A stretch of 64,000 bases of DNA from Octopus sinensis (Eukaryota), in NCBI RefSeq assembly GCF_006345805.1, contig NC_043008.1, forward strand, positions 14,756,001 to 14,820,000, given 5' to 3'. A program made the translations under genes and the position numbers. Every line of letters begins with the position of its first letter. The first letter of the stretch is position 1. A model generated the notes under the pieces. It was not told the origin of the DNA and searched no databases. It saw nothing but the letters and a program-made list of their open reading frames with translations. Shown here piece after piece: positions 23,865-37,565 of the stretch.

Positions 23865-24488
23865 AGGTATCTCACCTGACACTTGTTGTTCTGCCAAACC
23901 CCTACCCTGTGCTACTACTTGACTTTTTTTCACCCCAGCTGTATGGAAGACAAAGTTAACCTTAGCAAAATCAAATATTGGCTTCAAATTTTAGCACAAG
24001 GCCAGCAGTTTCGGGGTGTAGCAAGACCAAGTTGATTAAATCAACCCCAGGGCCCAACTGGTACTTATTTTATCAACAACGAAAAGGATGAAAAGCAGAG
24101 TCAACCTCAGTGGAAGCAAAATCAAATATCGCATGACATTTTGTTTTACGCACTAATGACTCCACTTATTTCCTAGTGAATACCAGTAATACGCTGGAAC
24201 TCTCTTTCTCTCTCTTTTCTCTTTTACTTGTTTCAGTCACCCGACTGCGGCCATGCTGGAGCACCGCCTTCAGTCGAGCAACTCGACCCCTGGGACTTAT
24301 TCTTTCGTAAGCCCAGTACTTATTCTATTGGTCTCTTTTGCCGAACCGCTAAGTGACGGGGACTACCGCTAAGTGACGGAACTGAATCAGTCTATATATG
24401 TTACTTGACAGTCAACTTGTAATAAATATTTTAGTTTTCTTTTTGTTATTTATTTATTTATTTGTTTTCTTTGTTTTTTTCTCTTCAG

Positions 24489-24574
24489 AGCTTTTAAGTA
24501 CCTGAAAGAATGTTCTAGTAGTCGTTTTATTGCTGTGACGGGCTTCTTCGTGTCAATCCCGACGTTTCTTGTGG
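24489..24574 (+). CDS. TMEM221: Jiraiya/TMEM221-like gene, internal exon (AFKYLKECSSSRFIAVTGFFVSIPTFLV)
   Basis: Long T-rich acceptor ending CTCTTCAG| at 24488 and donor G|GTAAGT at 24574. Phases (2 in, 1 out) join both neighbouring exons without a frameshift. Confidence 0.9.
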
Positions 24575-24644
24575 GTAAGTGTCAAACCAAAGACCAAACA
24601 CTTCATCATCTTTCTTTCTTCATAGTTACCACTTTGTAATGTAC

Positions 24645-25250
24645 ACACACCCCCAACACACACACACACACACCAAGCACACATACGCACACACACCTCA
24701 ACACACTTACACACACATCCAAGCACACATATGCACACACACACCAACACACACACACACATCCAAGCACACATATGCACACACACCTCAACACACTTAC
24801 ACACACATCCAAGCACACATATGCCCACACACACACACACACATCCAAGCACACATACGCACACACACCCCAACACACACCAACACACACACCTCAACAC
24901 ACTTCCCAATACACACACACCCAAATAAACACATACACACACCCAGCATACATACACACACACACACCCATCACACATACACTCACATCCAAGCACACAC
25001 ACTCAAGCACACACCTCAACATACACACCTCAACACACACACACCAACACACACACCTCAACACATACAAATCCCAACACATACACACACACACACACAC
25101 CAACACACTTCCCAATATACACACACCCAAATATACACATACGCATACCCAACACACATACACACACACCCAACACACATCCCAACACACATACATCTCA
25201 GCACACACACAAACACACACACACACCCAACACAAACACACATACTGCCT
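24645..25250. repeat. Degenerate (CA)-rich simple repeat with internal higher-order duplications
   Basis: Direct reading. Confidence 0.9.
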
Positions 25251-25609
25251 TATATATGGTATTTCCTACCAGCCGTCTTTAACTCTAACTCCAGCTACTC
25301 CTCCTCCTCCTCCTCCTCCTACTACTACTGCTGCTGCTATTACTACTACTGCTGCCGCTACTACTACTACTACTACCTGCATCACAAAAGCAACAAATGC
25401 AATTATAATATGGCCAAAATGTAGCCCCAATCATTGCTAGTAATCCCATCAGTCCACCACCACCAGTACCTCTCCCTCCACCATGGCTATGTTGTTACTG
25501 TTTATTCTTAGTTCAACCCTGAATGAGTAAACCTACGAGGAAAAACATACCAATTATGACCACCCTGTCTTTTTTCCCGTGTGCAGAAGACCCACAACCA
25601 TAATTTTGG

Positions 25610-26035
25610 TGATGGCATTGGTGATAGTAGTATTGCTGATGGTCATTGTGGTGGTGGTGGTGGTTGTGGTCGTTATCATCATCATGGTGGTGGTTGTCAT
25701 CATGGTTGCGGTCGTGGTAGTGGTGGTGGTCGTCGTCGTCATCGTTGTCATCGTCATGGTGGTGGTGGTGGTCGTCGTCGTCGTCATTGTCATCATAATG
25801 GTGGTGGTCGTCATCATGGTTGTGGTCGTGGTGGTCGTCGTCATCATGGTTGTGGTCATGGTGGTCGTGGTGGTCGTGGTGGCCGTCGTCGTCATCGTCA
25901 TGGTGGTGGTCGTCATCATGGTTGTAGTCGTGGTCATGGTGGTCGTGGTGGTTGTGGTGGTGGTCGTCATCATGGTTGTAGTCATGGTGATGGTGGTCGT
26001 CATGGTTGTGGTCATGGTGGTCGTGGTGGTGGCCA
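25610..26035. repeat. Mosaic trinucleotide repeat (GGT/CGT/CAT)
   Basis: Strict 3-nt period for about 420 bp. Confidence 0.9.
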
Positions 26036-27022
26036 TCAAAACAATACTATAAATAGAATAAATCCATGAATTAACCAAAATCTCTATTAATAGATTACTG
26101 CAGTATCTCGTGTGTTTAATTATTACTGGCCAAACATTTCACTGGAATAGAATTATTGGAATTCCTTATGAATTTATTCTTTGAAACACAATGGAAACGT
26201 TTATATTCTTTGTTCATATCCTTCTTTTAAAATTTTAAAATTTTACTTCCATTTAAATGACACACTGCAACAGAAAACATTGCAAAAGAATTCCAGCCAA
26301 AATATTCTATATTTTCTGTATATCATTGTCGTTGTCTTCGTCATCGTCATCATCATTGAATGTCCATTCTGCTTGCTGACATGGGTTGGATGGTTTGACA
26401 GGAGCTAGCAAGCTGCATCGGGTTCCAACTGTCTGTTTTGGCATGGTTTTCTACAGCTGGATACCCTTCTGTCAACCACTTTACAATATGTACTGGGTAC
26501 TTTTTACATGGCACATTTATGTATATTGATACATTAATATATATTATTTATATATATATATATATTAATAGTTATCGCCAAGCTAATATGGCAGTCCAGA
26601 AAAATAGGACAAATGCTGCCGTTGATTAGCTGGAAGAGGCCATCGCCTCCAGCTAGCTATGTGACACACAAACCTGTGTCCATTATAACCTTGGAACAGG
26701 GGAGGTCAGCAGCTTCCCCTTGCTGGATAGCACAGGATGAAATATGAAGGTGGTTGAGATTTATACTGTACTCTACTACGTTCTTAACAGAATATAACAT
26801 ATATATATATATCACACCCACTACACTTATGGAGTGGTTGGTGTTAGGAAGGGCATCCAGCTGTAGAAACTCTGCCAGATCAGATTGGAGCCTCGTGCAG
26901 CCATCTGGTTCGCCAATCCTCAGTTAAAGTGTCCAACCCATGCTAGCATGGAAACCGGATGTTAAACGTTGATAGTAGTAGTAGTAGTAGTGGTGGTGGT
27001 GGTGGTGGTGGTAGTAATAGTA

Positions 27023-27053
<31 letters not shown>

Positions 27054-28645
27054 AAGCAGCAGCAGCAGTAGTAGTAGTATCATCTTGCTGCAGCACATCT
27101 GCAGCAACTAATTGCGTTTTGCTGTTAAGAGTTTTTTCATTTTACGTCTTAAAATTTAATTTTCATTTCATTAGCCACTAATTTAGTAAATAACCCTGCA
27201 ATGCTAATTTATTTTTTTAAGTAACAAGATCATTGTAAAAAAAAAATCTCTGTGCAATTTTAAACCATACAGATTTTAAAGTAAGCAAGGACTTTTGTAA
27301 CAACATTGGGTTTGATTAAAAAGAAATTAGAAATTTAAAAGTATTCTTTAAGTTTGTGATTTTTTAAAGATTTGTTGATTCGAAACTTGTTGAATGCTAT
27401 ACCACCATTTCGATGAATTTAAGGGAACACGCAGGCAGAAAAACAGGATAATACCTGTCGGGTGCCACATAAGAGTGCCCATTCAGTGCCATGTAAAAGT
27501 GTTCATGCAGTGCTATATAAAAGCACCCACAACACTCTGTAAAGTGGTTGGCATTAGGAAGGGCATCCAGCTATAGAAACCATGACAGATCGGACTGGAG
27601 TTTCGTGCAGTCTCCACTCAACTTGACAGCTCTGGTCACACTGTCCAACCTATGCCAGCATGGACAACAGACGTTAATTGATGATATATATGTGTGTGAC
27701 GCCACATAAAAGCACTCAACAAACTCTGTAAAGTGGTTGGTGTTAGGAAGGGCATCAGCTGGAGAACCCAAGTCAAATCAGACTGGAGTGTGGTGCAGCC
27801 CCACTAGCTTGCCAGCTCTGGTCAAACTGTCCAACCCATGCCAGCATGGACAATGGATGTTAATTAATGATGATGATGATGATGGCCAGTGGCATGTAAA
27901 ATGCACCATTCAAGCGTGGTCATTGCCAGTACCACCTGACTGGCTCCTGTACTGGTGGCAAGTAAAAAGCACCATTCGAGTGTACTCGTTGCCAGTGGTG
28001 CCTGACAGGCCCTCATGCTGAGGGCATGTAAAAAATACCCACTACACTCTTGGAGTAGGAAAGAAGCAAATGTGCTCACAGCGAATGTGCACGCATGTCC
28101 ATGCACACACACATGTGCACTCCCACACACTCGTGCCTATGTGCATATGCTCGTCCACACTTGCTTGCACACCCACACATTTTCCAAAAATGTGTGGATG
28201 CACATATGTGTGTTTCGGGCGAGTGTGGATGAGCATATGCACATATATTTACATATATATACAGGTTGGACTTCTTTCAGTTTCCGTCTACCAAATCCAC
28301 TCACAAGACTTTGGTTGGTCTGAGGCTATAGAAGACATTTGCCCAAGGTGCCATGCAGTGGGACTGAACCTAGAACCATGTGGTTGGGAAGCAAGCTTCT
28401 TACCACACAGCTACACACACACATTCCTCTCTTTCTCTCTTTTAAAGGTATTAATGTTATGACTGCTATGATTTAAATAAAAAATAAATTTTTTTGTTCA
28501 TTTCAAAGTTTCTATCTGAAATGTAATTTTGCAATGTAATAAATTAACATTTTCTTTTTCTTTTCTTCTTCTTTTCCTACTTTTGCCTTCATCTTCCCTG
28601 CCATCATCCATCACCATCATCACCTTGCCTGCGTCCTCCATGCAG

Positions 28646-28869
28646 TGATTGTAATGTACATACTCATGAAGTTCAAGTCTTCTCTAGCTCTCGTATCGAC
28701 AGTTGTTCTAGGTTTTGGCATCCTGTTTTGTGTACTCAGTGTGATGCAGAACACATACCACTGGCGTCTGGAGAAAAGCCGAGCAGATGATGGTCTGCCT
28801 GTGTTTGAACGGTCCAAGAACAACATGGAAATTTCCAACCCCAGAAATGAACTCTCAACTTTAGTTTAA
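28646..28869 (+). CDS. TMEM221: Jiraiya/TMEM221-like gene, terminal exon (IVMYILMKFKSSLALVSTVVLGFGILFCVLSVMQNTYHW...RNELSTLV*)
   Basis: Acceptor TGCAG| at 28645 (phase 1), a hydrophobic helix, and stop TAA at 28867-28869. C-terminal STLV matches my recollection of the human TMEM221 end (..DSTLV). Confidence 0.85.
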
Positions 28870-29090
28870 CATATTACGAGCATACAATGTGGCTTTGATT
28901 CCCAACTGAAAGTTTGCAAAATATATATATATACATATATATATATGTATATATATATACTGGTTTATTTTGTGATGGTGGAAAATAAGAACGCTTAACC
29001 GGATACGTGGTTGAGTGGTATTTAGAAAAGAAAGAAAAAAGTCATTTCAAATGTTTGGTGCCCTCTACAAGGAGATGGAGAGATGAGATG

Positions 29091-29096
29091 AATAAA
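29091..29096 (+). terminator. Candidate polyadenylation signal AATAAA for the TMEM221-like gene (alternative at 29236-29241)
   Basis: Canonical hexamers 220-370 bp after the stop codon. Weak evidence in AT-rich DNA. Confidence 0.3.
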
Positions 29097-29739
29097 AATT
29101 GGAAAAATTTATATGAAACCAGGAGCTGGTCATTTTGAAATTTCTTAGACTCTGAAATGAAAAGAAAAAAAAAATTAAATGGAAATTGAAATTAAAAACA
29201 CAAACAAGAAACTATGAACTACAAGCAATTAGAAAAATAAAATCCAGACATATAAATAATAATAATAATAATGATAATATTGATAATAATGTAATATAAA
29301 AGAACAGGCAGAAAAATGGTGGGGGTGTGACATATTCAATATTGTTGAAGAAGTGTAAATTATTAATGATGAAAGAAAAAAGATTTTCCATTTAAAAAAA
29401 TAAAAATAGCAATTATTTGCTTATTATATTGAATTATTATCCAGAATGATTTGTAACTGCCAAAAAAGAAAAAAAAACACCCCAAAAGATGGAAAATAAC
29501 AAAAGCAAGATGTTTAGTAAAAGAAGCCTAAAAATGGAAAAAATTTACCTCTTTTTGTCTGTGTTTTTGTTTGAAGAATTTAGCAAACACTTCTCAATCA
29601 TTTATTGCAAGGAACGCATTGTTTTACATAAAGGTTTTAAAGATATCTTTTTTTCCAGAAGCGAAAAAAAAAATTTTTGTGAATTAACTGTCTTTCATTA
29701 ATCAAATATTACTCCCATCCCACATACACAGTCATATAA

Positions 29740-29839
<100 letters not shown>

Positions 29840-30360
29840 TGTATGTAAAACATATATATATGCATACATCTGTGTGTGTGTGTGTGATCATATATGTATG
29901 TATATATATGTTTGTGTGATATTTATTTGTGTATAATGCAGAACATTTAATATAAAATGTATGAGGGTCAAAACTAGTAGATAACATTGCATTCACATGT
30001 AAAAAAGGAGGACAAAATATTAAATAATTTTTTAAATAGAATAAGTAGGGTCACATTACATTCAAGACTGCATACATACATACATACGTATATATGTGTA
30101 TATATATGTGTGTGTGTGAGTGTATATATATATATATATGTACACATGCTTATACATATATAGATATATGAAAGAATAGGTTTTTCCTTCAATATTTCTA
30201 AAAAGAAAAATTATATTTCATCATTGTTCTACATTTTTTCTTTCTTTTGTGTGTCCATACATACATTACATATATATATATATATATATATATATAACAA
30301 TACATGTATATATAAATATACATACATATATATAATATATAACAATACATTTATATATAA

Positions 30361-30436
<76 letters not shown>

Positions 30437-30470
30437 CATATATATATATATTATTATAATATATATATGA

Positions 30471-30501
<31 letters not shown>

Positions 30502-30852
30502 CATACATACATACATACATACACACACACATATGTTGGTGGTGGTAATGTTGGTTAGGGGAGAGAATATATTTGAAGGACATTCCCTTAATTTACATCT
30601 TCTTTATTAAAAAATACTCCATGAATATTCACAAACCCTCAGCCACACATAAGAGAAAAAAAACATACTAATAAGGAGAAAATTTAGATTTAAATATCTT
30701 TATTTGTAATTTTTTCTTCACAGAATTTTGATACAAAATAATGTAAGTTTAAGTTTATGATAGTAAAATTTCAACTCATTACAATACATATCCACAGATA
30801 TATATATCTGTGTGTGTGTATGTGTGTATATATGTATATATATATATATATG

Positions 30853-31025
30853 ATTCAAAACAGTTTGATTTAGATTCCATGCTACTTCAAGTTTCAAAGG
30901 CCCTAACAGAGCCTATCTTGACAGGCTAGTTAGCCATTTAGATAATTAACAGCCTGACGAGAAAGGCTCCATTAGGGCCTTCAAAACTTGAAGTAGCATG
31001 GAATCCAAATCAAACTGTTTTGAAT
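30853..31025. repeat. Fold-back element (54-bp arms) containing a degenerate hammerhead on +
   Basis: Arms 30853-30906 and 30972-31025. CTGACGA at 30954-30960, GAAAGGC../..GCCTTC, AAAAC-TTGAA-GTA; the left-arm copy keeps GAAAC. Confidence 0.75.
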
Positions 31026-31129
31026 AATACATGTAATCCTGTGCTGAGTGCCCTTTTTTTTCATTTGTCTATTCACCCATATATATATATTATTATATAC
31101 ATATATATATAATACATATATATATACAC

Positions 31130-31160
<31 letters not shown>

Positions 31161-31169
31161 ATATATATA

Positions 31170-31235
<66 letters not shown>

Positions 31236-31249
31236 ATATAATTATATAG

Positions 31250-31280
<31 letters not shown>

Positions 31281-31333
31281 TATATATATGATATGATATA
31301 TAAATATATATGGATATAATTAATAGAAGAAAA

Positions 31334-31534
31334 AACCTCTATTAAGCAATTCAATAGTGAAAGACATTATCATACCATATAGAAAAAATTTATATATACT
31401 ATGATAATCAATAAATTAAATCAATAATAATCAATAAAGAAAATCAATAAATTAAATAAACATTAAATTGACATTAAATTTTTTCTATATATTATAGATA
31501 ATATCTTTCACTATTGAATTGCTTAATAGAGGTT
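31334..31534. repeat. Fold-back element (about 60-bp arms) flanked by TA-rich sequence
   Basis: AACCTCTATTAAGCAATTCAATAGTGAAAGA pairs with TCTTTCACTATTGAATTGCTTAATAGAGGTT. Confidence 0.85.
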
Positions 31535-31677
31535 ATTTCTCTTAATTACATAGATATATTATATATTGTGAAATTTGATTTAGAATCACTAAATTGAATT
31601 TTTCCCTGTAAGTTTGGAATTATATTCCCTACTATTATGTATGTATATATATATATATATATGTGTATAATATACAT

Positions 31678-31755
<78 letters not shown>

Positions 31756-32136
31756 ATACACATATATACACTCATATGTATTTATAAATGATGTTACTTG
31801 TGAGATGTCTGGGATTTTAAGTTTTTAAGTTTCTCCATAATCACTTGTTTAACTAGATTGATTGGACAAATTATTAATGTAAAGCACTCAGAGTTCTAAT
31901 TCTTAGTGTGTATAGAATCCCACCATCAGTAAATTACGCTTTTTTTAAAGATTCTACAAGCTGATTAACAATATGAAATGATATAGATATATGTATATAT
32001 ATATATTATATGTATATATGCATTTATATGTAAATATGTGTGTGTATGTGTATATATATATATGTGTGTGTATATATATGTACCCACACTCACATATATA
32101 TATGTGTGTATATATTAATGAGTATATATAATAGAT

Positions 32137-32169
<33 letters not shown>

Positions 32170-33229
32170 TATTATATATTATATATATATATACATACAT
32201 GATCGTGTCTGAAAATTACAATGGTATTGTCATAATATATCAATATTTTACTTTCATCATTAATTTCTTTCTCTTTTTTTTTTTTCAAAATCTTTCATCC
32301 AATTAACTTTTCTAACTTAATCAATAATTTCAGTTTTGCAAAAAAAAAACAACAACACAAAATCAGCTTTTGAAATTTTGAAATTTTAAACCAAAAGTAA
32401 AAAAATAGCATGAAAATAAATATAATTTTCATCTCTGAGTTATAAACACACACAAACACACATACACACACTTATACATAAAATCTAGGCTCAAGTGTAT
32501 AATAGATATTTGCTTATGCACACAAACATATATATATGTATGATATATTTATTTTAAAGAAGTTGACTGTTACTTCAAAGTTTTGCCAAAAAAGGCTTAT
32601 CTAATAATGTTTTACTCTATATCATGTGTTGAGTTCTTTCTTCCGTTAATGCTTGTTCTTCATTAATCATTATGGAACCATTATTAAAATTTTTATATAA
32701 CACAACGTTAAATGATGATGATATGCTTTCACACAAACATACAATATATATACTTGTACATAATATATATAACGTATCTAGTATACAGTAAGATGATCCA
32801 TTGTGGTTCAGCATCCAATTGCACTAGGAATATCCAATGCAGAGTTCCAAATGACCACAAAGGTGAAACATATGTAGGGAAGAAATTATGTACACTTGTG
32901 CTTATCATAATTTCTCCTGTGTATATATATTTATATTTGTGTATGCGTATGTGTGTGTATACATGTGTGTATATATGTGTGTGTGTGACAACAGCATTGG
33001 GGCTTTTTACAATTGTTTATATATGCATATAACTTTTTAAAAAGAAACAATATATAGGCTATATCACGTATACATATATATATGTGTATATTTTCATGCA
33101 TATCTATCTACACACATATGGTGCAGATATATGTTTTTTTTTAGATATCATCTTATATCAATGATTACATTTAGGTGATGAGATATGAGTGTTGGTTTAG
33201 GATTCTTTTTTTTTTTTTTTTTTTTGCAG

Positions 33230-33382
33230 TAGTTTAACCAGAGGAGAAATCACAGGGCTCAAGTAACACTTTTAATGTCTCTGAGTTTCATGAAAGGAAT
33301 GCGGGACATTATCATCAGATGAAAAAAGCATTGACAGAATGATTGTAGCAGTCTGAGCTCTGCTACAACAGCCAAAAGCCAG
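33230..33382 (+). other. Candidate non-coding exon
   Basis: T(20)GCAG acceptor at 33229 and CAG|GTATGG donor at 33382. Stops in all three frames. Confidence 0.35.
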
Positions 33383-33697
33383 GTATGGTGGTGGTGGTGG
33401 TGGAGGTAGTAGTGTAAAATAGTTGATATTTTCTTTATAAACAATTTGCTTTGGTAAAGATTTGTAAACAATACAATTTTTTTTTTTAAATTGTTAATCT
33501 TATTATATTGTTTATGAATATTCACTCACTGTTATATTCTTGTTATTATTATTCATAATAATAATAATAATGATAACTATAATAATGTGTACATAAATAT
33601 TCATATGTGTGTATGCATGTATATATAATATATATATCTATATATACATGCACATATTCAAATATTTGTGTGTGTGGTGTGTATATACATATGTATG

Positions 33698-33730
<33 letters not shown>

Positions 33731-33908
33731 TAATATATATTTCAATGCAGACAAATAGCGACACGTACATAAAAATTACTACGCAGATATATACAAATAT
33801 TTGTATGTATGTATGAGTGTGTGTATATATCATATATATATATATGTATATGTGTGCGTGTATACACATAAATATACATATATATATGCATACATAAACA
33901 CACACACA

Positions 33909-33955
<47 letters not shown>

Positions 33956-35060
33956 GTATGTATGTAGGTATGTATAAAACTATGAAATACTTTGTATGCA
34001 TACACAAATACTCACATTTCACATCTGTCTTATCTATTAAGCTGTTACATTGTTGATGAACAGTTATATACACCCTATGAACTGTTCATTGCAAGGCGAA
34101 ACATTTTCTGCCATATTGATTAATCTTATTAAAGACAAAGACGAAAACAAATTAAAAATTTTGAAAGAAGCCATGTTTGAAAAAAAAAGCATAAATAAAA
34201 TAAATAAAAACAAAATTTTAAAAAGTAGAGGGTGTGGTGGAATAATGAATTTCAATGTATGTGTGTATGTGTATATTTTGCATGTATGTGTGTGTGTGTG
34301 TATGTGTGTGTGTGTGTGTGTGTCCCATTCAATGAATGCTTCTTTGATGTGAATCTTGAAGTAATGGAAACATAGTCAACAACTTTTAACAATGTGTGTG
34401 TGGGTGTGTGTGTGTGTATATCTATACATATATATATATATATAACTTTCTTACAGATCATTATTACCGCAGGGCAAAATTCACACACACACATATGATG
34501 TATATATAAATGTGTTTGTGTGTGTATACAAATTTATATACATATGTATATATATATATATATCTGTATATATATATAATATATATCTGTATATGCATAT
34601 ATATATATATATATCTGTATATGCATGTATATATATATATCTGTATATGCATGTATATATATATGTATATATATATAAATATATATGCATGTGCATGTAT
34701 ATATGTATTGGTATATATATATGCACGTAAGCATATATACACATATATATACATAAATATGTGCATTGAAGACAAGACACAACTGTGTTCAGATTTTATC
34801 TAATCTGTTTTTATGAAAGATTTTTCATACGCTTCCTTCTTTGTCCTTTAAATTTAGTTTTGGAACAAAAACCGTTTCCAATTCCATTCAAGTTTCAAGA
34901 CTTTCTGGTTGAAAAACAATGATATTGGTGCATTTCTGCCACATTTTGTAGCCGGCATCAAAGAGCCATGGCAAATACTTTGAAACTGATAAGATATTTG
35001 AATGTGTGTGATTGTGTCTCTCTCTCCATCTGTGTATATATATATAATATCTTATATAAT

Positions 35061-35091
<31 letters not shown>

Positions 35092-35333
35092 TGTATATAT
35101 ATATATATATCTATATGTAATGTATGTATGTATGTAATATATGTATGTACTATATATATATATATATATAATATCTATATAATATATATATGGGGAACAG
35201 TTTTGGTTTATACATGTTTCATTAAACATGTGGCTATGTTCGAATTTTCTTTTAGATTTTAGATTTTTCAAATTTTCTTATTAGCTTTTTTACCGTTTCG
35301 TTCTGGACATTACAGTTTCTAAATTCATATCTG

Positions 35334-35355
35334 ATGAAGGAAAAATATATACGTG
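35334..35355 (+). CDS. Candidate coding start MKEKYIR- of an unidentified spliced transcript
   Basis: Donor G|GTAAGT at 35355 (phase 1). Acceptors at 35284 or 35315 follow pyrimidine tracts. Confidence 0.25.
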
Positions 35356-35913
35356 GTAAGTTTTTGGAAGATGCTCTGAGCCTTTTCTAGAAACGGTGGA
35401 TATAGATTTAGGAATTCTACCTATTCCAAACCAACAGTTAAAAACCTTGTAACAAAAGATGGAAAATCTAAAATACAATGAGATATAACTGAGTTGTTTA
35501 TTTAATGAAACATATTTATATCTATACATATATATATATACATACATATATATATAACATACATATATATATGTATATATATATATATATTTATATATAC
35601 ATATATATATATACATATATATACATATATATATATATATAAAAATACAGTGTACATTTAAGCACATAAGTGGTTTCCATCATAGAATTCCTTTCATGCT
35701 TGAAGGAACAGCTAAAGTCCAAACCACTATTAGGGACTATAGCTGTCCCTATGATGGATACCTCTTATGTTTTTTAAATGTACACTGTATTTATATGAAT
35801 AATATATGGTCCATTGACAAATTTTTCTACACACGCTAGGCCACCGGTAGGAAAAATTTCTAAAATCTTTATTACCCTGATATTCATCATCTAGATAGAT
35901 ATAGATTTGGCCG

Positions 35914-35982
35914 GTTTGGGCTTACCCTGGGTTTCACGACCATAAAGCTCATAGCTTTACAGCATTTCTTCAGACCCTAAAC
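35914..35982 (-). ncRNA. Type I hammerhead motif inside a fold-back element
   Basis: Reverse complement: GTTTAGGGT CTGAAGA ...TAAAGC-TATGA-GCTTTA... GAAAC CC-A-GG GTA AGCCCAAAC. Core and stem III are intact; the base of stem II is degenerate. Confidence 0.45.
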
Positions 35983-36138
35983 TTGTTGGCTTTATGGCCG
36001 TGAAACCCAGGGTACCCCCATAAACTGGACATATCTATCTTTATCTATATATTCTACTACTCTATAACTTAGACTGTGCTTCATTTTGGGATTTATGATT
36101 TACTAACGATATACATATATATATATGTATGTATATAA

Positions 36139-36195
<57 letters not shown>

Positions 36196-36230
36196 ATGTA
36201 TATATATATATGTATATATGTATATATATA

Positions 36231-36264
<34 letters not shown>

Positions 36265-36786
36265 CATATAAATATATACATACATATATATAATATAATA
36301 ATATATATGTGTGTGTATATATATTTTGTTGATTTTTTTTCTGTGACTAGCTGAAACGAGACAGGAAACAAAAAAATAACAAAATAAAACGTCAGCTAAT
36401 AATGATTGTACATAAAAAAAATAACAAAATTTGCAACAAATTACAAAAAAAAGACAATTATGAAAATAAAGATTAATTTAACAAAATCAAGTTTAAATAA
36501 AGTTCATAAATTGAAGGAGATGATGATGGTAGTTGATGTGTGAATTAGTTCTTCTTTCACAAGAATAAAGTCGACATATTTTGAGGAGTTTTTTTTAATA
36601 AGGGGGAATTAGTGGGGATATCCTTTTTTGTTTTTTGACTTTTTGATCTTCCTCCAATGTTTTTTGTTTTCATTCTTTTTACCAACCTTGTGAAAAATAT
36701 CAACATATTGAACATTCCAATTTACTCTGTTTTAAAGTAATACTTCATTTTACAGAAAGATGTATTTGTGTGTATGTATGGGTAGG

Positions 36787-36853
<67 letters not shown>

Positions 36854-37237
36854 TATATATTACATAGTGTGTATATACATATATAATACATATATATATA
36901 TATACATATACATATATATATACATATAATATGCGTATATGTATATTTATTTATATATGTGTACTTAAGGTGTTTGTGTATCTTTTTATCTCTGTGTATA
37001 TATGTACACACAGTGACATATATAACACATATACATACACAGGGGCATATATTTATGAAAATATATGTTTTCACTTGCAGTGATATTTTAATCATTTCCT
37101 GTTTTGTATCTACATACATGTAAGACATATATGTATCAACAAACACTTATATGTAGAAATATTGAAAAATATACAAGTGCAACCAGTTGTAAAATAATTA
37201 AATGGTTAGAAGTGTTTATATAGTTTATTATATTTAA

Positions 37238-37459
37238 CCCTTTCGTTACCAACCCAACTAAAACCACCTCTGGCTCTGTAGTACAAATGTCTTGTTTTCA
37301 TTAGTTTTTAATTAAAATCTTCCACCAAGCCTTAGTCACAATTTATGTTCCTTACACTAGCTTCACGATAACTGAGTTATTTTACTAAACTCTTTGTGGT
37401 ATTTAAAATTAATTGAAAGAAACACAGAGCATCTCAAAATAAATACAGTAACGAAAGGG
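37238..37459. mobile_element. 222-bp piggyBac-type MITE
   Basis: TTAA (37234-37237), CCCTTTCGTTAC ... GTAACGAAAGGG, TTAA (37460-37463). Confidence 0.9.
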
Positions 37460-37565
37460 TTAAGAAGAAAAATAATCAGCAGAAATAATAGCCTAAATTT
37501 CCTTCAATCTGCACCCTTCCAACTGCTTCTAATGTGCATCAGCCCAAATGTAGAGGTGTGTTTAA

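Noticed and set aside
33275-33320. Minus-strand CTGATGA...GAAACTCAGAGAC hammerhead-like motif
   Set aside because: The cleavage triplet is GAC (lacks U16.1) and stem I is poor, so it is counted only as a decayed relic.
34888-34990. Minus-strand possible terminal exon SKYLPWLFDAGYKMWQKCTNIIVFQPESLET*
   Set aside because: No partner exon or recognisable family was found.
35294-35355. Alternative frame ending ...SDEGKIYTW, resembling an RCC1-repeat motif
   Set aside because: The rest of the repeat is absent and no phase-2 partner exon starting a WG..GQLG motif was found.
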